Shown: positions 59,349 through 64,000 of the stretch, in pieces
Numbering within the stretch: position 1 is the stretch's first letter
Layout of the letters: every line of letters begins with the position of its first letter
Source of the DNA: an uncultured delta proteobacterium
GTDB lineage: Bacteria > Desulfobacterota > Desulfobacteria > Desulfobacterales > QNYZ01
Length of the DNA stretch: 64,000 nucleotides
Reading direction: 5' to 3'
Assembly: GCA_963845145.1 (NCBI GenBank)
Contig: CAWJQU010000005.1
Coordinates: forward strand, 1,216,001-1,280,000
Made by a program: the position numbers and the translations under genes
Notes under the pieces: model-generated
What the model saw: only the letters and a program-made list of their open reading frames with translations
What the model was told of the DNA's origin: nothing
Databases searched by the model: none

Positions 59349-60805
59349 GGTTTGGTTTCCTTCTCAGAAGCTTGCGTTTCCGCCGAACCATTTGAATCCA
59401 TGGCCATGTCGCTCATGTCTAAATCGTCTTCCTCCATGGTCATATCATCCATGTCCAGATCGTCCATATCCAGATCAGGGGTGTCCCCCTGGCTGCGCAC
59501 CTCGAGCATCTTGGCGATGGCTTCTTTCAAGCGGCTTTCCGAATCCAGCATGAATTGTCCGGAGAGGACGATTTCCTCCCCTTGGGTCAGGCCGTCGATT
59601 ACCTCGAACTCATAATCGTTGCCCTCGACGCCCAGGGTAACCTCTCGTGGCTCAAATTTTCCTTTGCCTCGAGAGACAAACACGCGTTTTCTTACGCCGC
59701 TGTCAATGACTGCTTCCTGGGGCACCACCAGCCGATCCCCCGGCAAGGTATTCTGCAGGTATATGTTGGCATACATGCCCGGTTTGAGTTGGTTTCCGGG
59801 GTTAGAAAAGGAGAGCCGCAGGCGGGCTGTCCGTGTTTTGGGATCCAGGTAGGGGTAGATAAAAAGAACTTCTCCCAAGTACCGCTTGCCGGGGATATAG
59901 GCCAGTTCCATCTCGGCGGGCATACCTTTGTGGACCCAGGGCAGCTCGTATTCATAAACATCCACATCAACCCACACGGTGGACAGGTCGGCGATCTCAT
60001 ACTGGTGTTCGCCGGCCTTGACGTAGTGCCCCTTAAAGGCATTTTTCTTGATGACCACACCGGCAGCCGGGGAGAAGATCGTGATCGTTTTCTGAATCTT
60101 GCCGGCCGTCTCCAACTGAGCGATCTGTTCATCGGTGAAATCCCAATAGGCCAGGCGGGTACGCGAGGCGTCCAGCAGCCGATCGGTGCCCCTGCGGGAG
60201 TCTCTGCCCCTTTTGCCGTTTAGCCCTTTCTGCTGCTGAATGGCGATGAGGTACTCCTGCTGGGCGGTAAGCAGATCGGGGCTGTAAATATCGAATAGCC
60301 GTTGTCCCTTATCCACCTGTTCCCCGAGAAAATCCACATAGAGCTTTTCGATCCAGCCGTTGAATTTAATGTTGACCGAGTAGAGACCGGTTTCATCGTA
60401 GGTGATGGTGCCGAAAGTGCGGATCGATTTGGTAAGGGGTTTCTTCTCCACGCGCCCCAGTCTTACCCCCATGTTCTGCTGAGTGACGGGATCGATACGG
60501 ATCGTGGAGCTGGGCTCCTTTGCCTCTCCGGCTTCCTCATATACGGGTACCAGGTCCATACCCATGGGTGATTTCCCCGGTTCGTTACGGATGTAGGTAG
60601 GGTCCATGGGCGCTGCCCAGTATTTTATCTTCTTGCCGGTTTTGGGGTCCACCATCCCCGCCTTGAGCGCTTCTTGGGCCTGAACGGTCGCTGGCGCCAG
60701 AAACCTGGAAAGAGAGGTCCGGTCCGGGATCATCGCTGCAGGCGTGTTCAGGATCATACTGATAACCGCTGCCGCTATGACGAAGATGATTGATTTAGAA
60801 AACAT
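59345..60805 (-). CDS. cusB: CusB family periplasmic adaptor with N-terminal heavy-metal-binding domain
   Basis: YWAAPMDP....EPGKSPMGMDLVP, GWIEKL, YSPDL..AQQEY, LKPGMY, SGQFMLDSES. Confidence 0.92.
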   Translation of the reverse strand: MFSKSIIFVIAAAVISMILNTPAAMIPDRTSLSRFLAPATVQAQEALKAGMVDPKTGKKIKYWAAPMDPTYIRNEPGKSPMGMDLVPVYEEAGEAKEPSSTIRIDPVTQQNMGVRLGRVEKKPLTKSIRTFGTITYDETGLYSVNIKFNGWIEKLYVDFLGEQVDKGQRLFDIYSPDLLTAQQEYLIAIQQQKGLNGKRGRDSRRGTDRLLDASRTRLAYWDFTDEQIAQLETAGKIQKTITIFSPAAGVVIKKNAFKGHYVKAGEHQYEIADLSTVWVDVDVYEYELPWVHKGMPAEMELAYIPGKRYLGEVLFIYPYLDPKTRTARLRLSFSNPGNQLKPGMYANIYLQNTLPGDRLVVPQEAVIDSGVRKRVFVSRGKGKFEPREVTLGVEGNDYEFEVIDGLTQGEEIVLSGQFMLDSESRLKEAIAKMLEVRSQGDTPDLDMDDLDMDDMTMEEDDLDMSDMAMDSNGSAETQASEKETKP

Positions 60806-60862
60806 GGGTCGTGGTCCTTTCTGGTTTATCTCTTATATCTATCCTAATAGTCAGGCCTTAGG

Positions 60863-62380
60863 TCAGGGCAAAAGAACGCCCACGCGGCGTTCCAGCTCCG
60901 CCCGGGCGATGCCGACATCACTGTTTCGCCGCTCGCCCGCCAGGTTCACATCCAGCCAACCGTTGTAAGAGGTGATCACATCGGCAAAAGAGACTTTTCC
61001 CGATTCATATCCCTTGGTAGATACGTCCAGTGACGTCCGGGAAAGATCCAGCAGCCGGTCCTTGTACAGGGAACGCTCCCGCCGGGCCCGGTCCAGATCG
61101 AACCAGCCCCTTCTTACCATTAGCCGTGTACCTGCTTCGGCGTTCAGGAGATCGGCCCTCAGGGCTTCGACCTTGCGTTTCGTCTCTCGAAGGTAGGCGT
61201 CCCGGGTGCCAAACCACGCATTCCTGGGCAGTCCCTTACCCCTAGCCGGCGATACCTGCGTGCCAAAGCTCGGCTTTTTGCCGGTGCTGCCCGCCTGGAG
61301 AATCGCTTCGTCCGTAAATAGCGAATAGTTTTGGGTAAAGGCCGGTTGGATCATGGTCTCGGCCATCTCCACCATCCGCTCCATCTTTCCCAGCATGGCC
61401 CGCATCCGCTTCAGCTCCTGGCGGTTTGCCATTGCCAGAGGATAGAGGGTATCCAATATGGGCAACGATATGTTCGGGGTGAAGGTGCCTGGCCAACCGA
61501 TAGAATTACCAGGCGGCATGTCCATCAACGCCAGCAGTTCGGTCTCCAGGTTGACCCGCTGTTCCTTCAAGGTGGTTAGCTGTTCATCCAATCGTTCACG
61601 ACCGATGCGGATCTTGACCACATCCTGGTAGCTGGTTTTTCCGGCACCGTACCGGGTCGTGGCGACTGACTCCAGGTGGTTCAACCGATCGAGAGTGTCC
61701 CGGGTGATCCGTTGCGCCCGGTGGGTGTATAGCAGGTTCCAATAGGCCTTACGGCCCTGGGCTAGAATGTCGCGACGGACGAGATCCAGTACTTGTTTTT
61801 GTGCTTCCACATTCTTTTGAGCCACCTGACCTTTAAGGGCCGTCACGCCGGGGAAGGGGAATTTCATCCGAATGTTGTCCATACCCACCATAGGACCCAC
61901 CCCGGGCATCACACTTTCCGTATAGGCCGAATACTGACGGAGTATTTCGTCCAGCTGGGTTACCTGGTCGAACCCTTCTATGGCGGCTCGCACCCGATCG
62001 GTTTCGGCTTTTACAGATGGGTTGCGCACAAGGATCAGGGCCTGAACAACCTGCAGGGAAAAGCGAGGCCGCAGAAGCTCAAGCGTTCGGGCATCATCAG
62101 CGGCGGCCTTGATGATGGTGGGGTGGATATCGGCTTCTTCAGTTGCCGTAGCCGTTTGAACCACCTTTGCCCAGTGATCCCGTAATCTTTCGATGGTCGC
62201 CTTCTCAGCCTCAAACGCATCCGGTTGACTGGCGACCGGCAGGACTGGGGTCTGCGGTTGCCGGAGCAGAGCAGGTGGAGCATAAGCGTCCATGTCCCGT
62301 TTCAAATCCCGGTAACCAGCCTGTGCCGGTCCGGCTACCCAGATCATCACTATTCCGGTGATAATAAGCAAAATTTTCAT
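60863..62380 (-). CDS. TolC family outer-membrane efflux protein
   Basis: Signal peptide; FPFPG, AYWNL, YGAGK....DVVK, YESGK..F.DVI. Confidence 0.8.
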   Translation of the reverse strand: MKILLIITGIVMIWVAGPAQAGYRDLKRDMDAYAPPALLRQPQTPVLPVASQPDAFEAEKATIERLRDHWAKVVQTATATEEADIHPTIIKAAADDARTLELLRPRFSLQVVQALILVRNPSVKAETDRVRAAIEGFDQVTQLDEILRQYSAYTESVMPGVGPMVGMDNIRMKFPFPGVTALKGQVAQKNVEAQKQVLDLVRRDILAQGRKAYWNLLYTHRAQRITRDTLDRLNHLESVATTRYGAGKTSYQDVVKIRIGRERLDEQLTTLKEQRVNLETELLALMDMPPGNSIGWPGTFTPNISLPILDTLYPLAMANRQELKRMRAMLGKMERMVEMAETMIQPAFTQNYSLFTDEAILQAGSTGKKPSFGTQVSPARGKGLPRNAWFGTRDAYLRETKRKVEALRADLLNAEAGTRLMVRRGWFDLDRARRERSLYKDRLLDLSRTSLDVSTKGYESGKVSFADVITSYNGWLDVNLAGERRNSDVGIARAELERRVGVLLP

Positions 62381-63786
62381 TGCTGTTCCTTTCCGGCTGG
62401 GGACATTGGTATTTGCACGTCGCCCGTTAAACGCCTTCCCGCCATCCGTTCGAGATGCGCCAGGTTGATGCCGTAGTCTGCCTTGGCACGGGCCAGGGCC
62501 AGTTGGAAATTGTACCAGACCGACTGGGTCTCGATGAAATCGGTGAAAGACGACTCCCCCTCCCGGTACCAGACCTCGGCCATTTCCATGGCACGGGCCG
62601 CCTGGGGAACCAGGTCCATCTTGTACAGCGCAACAATTCGCTGGGCGTTACGCGTTTTGAAATAAAGTGTACGGATTTTGGTTTGAACAGCATTAATACG
62701 CATTTGTTTTTCCGCCAGGGCTCTGGACTTTTCCGCCCTGGCCTTGTTGACCCGGCTGTTGTTCTTGCCTAACCACAAAGGGATGGAAATGCCTGCCTGA
62801 AGGCCGATGGCGTCCCGTCCGGCATCCTGGGGTAAAACAGCCACATCAGGTTTGCCGATGCTGGCGTAGAAAAGCCCCACTTTGAAGTCCGGCAGGTTCT
62901 GAAAGCGTGCCAAGGATACCTGGGTGTCACTTTTGTCAACACCCACCTGGGCCATGAGGATCTCTTCCTGATTGGCTTCGGCCAATTGATAGATGGTTCC
63001 CACGTCAGCGGCGAGCGGCGCTAATACCGGCGTGTTCAGAGCCCCCAATACCGAATCGGGGGGACGGTTCAGCAACCCGTTGAGGCGGGTGATCTCCGTC
63101 TGCTCCAGTTCCTCAAGCAGCAGGGCGTCATACTGCAGCTGCCCGGTCTGGGATTGGGCTTTAACCACGTCGGTAAGCGTGGCCCGGTTGTCGGCATGGG
63201 CGGTTTCGCTGATTTTTCGAATGTGGTCGAGCAGACGGGCGTTGTGTTCGGTGACCGTTTGGGCCTGCCGGATGTACCACAGCTCGTAAAAGGACTTTCT
63301 GATAGCCAGAACCGTCTCATTAACCGCCATGTCCAACCTGAGACGGGCCATCCGCGTGTCTGCGGCCACCAGTTCACCGGCCTTGGAAAGCTTGCCGGGA
63401 AAGGGGATCATCTGGGAAATCTGGGCGTTCCAATCCTGGGGACCCAGACGGGTCTCGATGGGCTCGGGAAACCAGGTGACCATCAACTGGGGGTCTGGAT
63501 AACCGGTGGTGACCCGGTAGTTTTCCACCATTGCTCGCCACGCCTCCCGGGCCTGTTGAATGAATGGGTTGTGGGCATAGGCATGGTCGATGAGGTCGGC
63601 AAGTCGAACCGTTTTTGTTAAATTCTGTCCCTCTCCTAAGAGCGACGAATCATGATTCTTTGCATTCGTGACTGGACCCGTAAAAAGAATAACGACCGGG
63701 ATCAGAGCCAAGGCGAGTCTCCATGACAGCCAGGGTATCGGCTTCCATACTGACCTGACGCGTTTTTGGAAATTTAGGTGTTTCAT
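62377..63786 (-). CDS. TolC family outer-membrane efflux protein (CusC-like)
   Basis: A..HNP.I, YPDPQL, ISQMIPFPGKL, ISIPLW, Y..GE..F.DFI. Confidence 0.88.
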   Translation of the reverse strand: MKHLNFQKRVRSVWKPIPWLSWRLALALIPVVILFTGPVTNAKNHDSSLLGEGQNLTKTVRLADLIDHAYAHNPFIQQAREAWRAMVENYRVTTGYPDPQLMVTWFPEPIETRLGPQDWNAQISQMIPFPGKLSKAGELVAADTRMARLRLDMAVNETVLAIRKSFYELWYIRQAQTVTEHNARLLDHIRKISETAHADNRATLTDVVKAQSQTGQLQYDALLLEELEQTEITRLNGLLNRPPDSVLGALNTPVLAPLAADVGTIYQLAEANQEEILMAQVGVDKSDTQVSLARFQNLPDFKVGLFYASIGKPDVAVLPQDAGRDAIGLQAGISIPLWLGKNNSRVNKARAEKSRALAEKQMRINAVQTKIRTLYFKTRNAQRIVALYKMDLVPQAARAMEMAEVWYREGESSFTDFIETQSVWYNFQLALARAKADYGINLAHLERMAGRRLTGDVQIPMSPAGKEQQ

Positions 63787-63858
63787 TCCGATCTCCTGCC
63801 GTTAATGAAGACGTGACGTCACTTAATGGATCTTTCATGGTTTTTATATCTGGTTATA

Positions 63859-63874
63859 TTCAATTGCCGTGCCA
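63859..63874 (-). promoter_or_regulatory. Probable sigma54 (-24/-12) promoter of the metal efflux operon
   Basis: TGGCAC-GGCAA-TTGAA on the minus strand; -12 deviates from TTGC. Confidence 0.55.
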
Positions 63875-64000
63875 ACAGGATAACAGTCAGATATCGTTGC
63901 AAATATAGCCTTCCGGGTGTGAGTACAGATAAACAGGTGCGCAGATATCGATCAAATTTGTTTAAAAATGATGGCAAGTGCGTAAATATTTCGCGGGGTG

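Noticed and set aside
56335..60571. Long plus-strand ORFs (e.g. 58074-59225, 56796-57587, 59555-60223)
   Set aside because: Antisense shadows of GC-rich cusA/cusB with no recognisable motifs; the same applies to most short overlapping ORFs in the track.
1..64000. CRISPR array, tRNA or rRNA genes
   Set aside because: No regularly spaced repeat-spacer series and no cloverleaf or rRNA-like sequence recognised by eye; a tRNAscan/cmscan run would be needed to exclude them fully.

Overview
A 64-kb bacterial chromosomal window. Gene content and protein styles suggest an anaerobic deltaproteobacterium such as Desulfobacterales (inference). In order it carries: a Liv-type ABC transporter, a beta-CASP metallo-hydrolase, lipid genes, and an Lrp regulator with gcvT-H-PA-PB. 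An AT-richer mosaic region follows (about 13.8-30 kb). It holds phoU-phoB-phoR-pstC-pstA-pstS-pstB with Pho-box-like repeats, about nine indels in pstA/S/B, several gene remnants, a tyrosine-integrase stub and two interleaved pairs of direct repeats. Next is a DUF6599/DUF362/4Fe-4S/aldo-keto reductase cluster interrupted by an AT-rich insert. The rest comprises cutA, a sirtuin, pyk, an acyl-CoA ligase, TetR modules, two copies of a 142-bp palindromic MITE-like element, a MacB/FtsX-type ABC system, and a Cus-type RND metal-efflux operon (two TolC, CusB, CusA, a His/Met-rich periplasmic protein) followed by a membrane class III cyclase. The best candidate for an undescribed system is the insert at 36.1-37.4 kb. 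It encodes a DUF3800-like protein and a BECR-like putative RNase, plus a predicted convergent ~70-nt structured RNA with its own sigma70-type promoter and terminator, which may form an RNA-controlled toxin or defence module. No tRNA, rRNA or CRISPR array was seen. All family assignments are from motif recognition by eye, not database searches.
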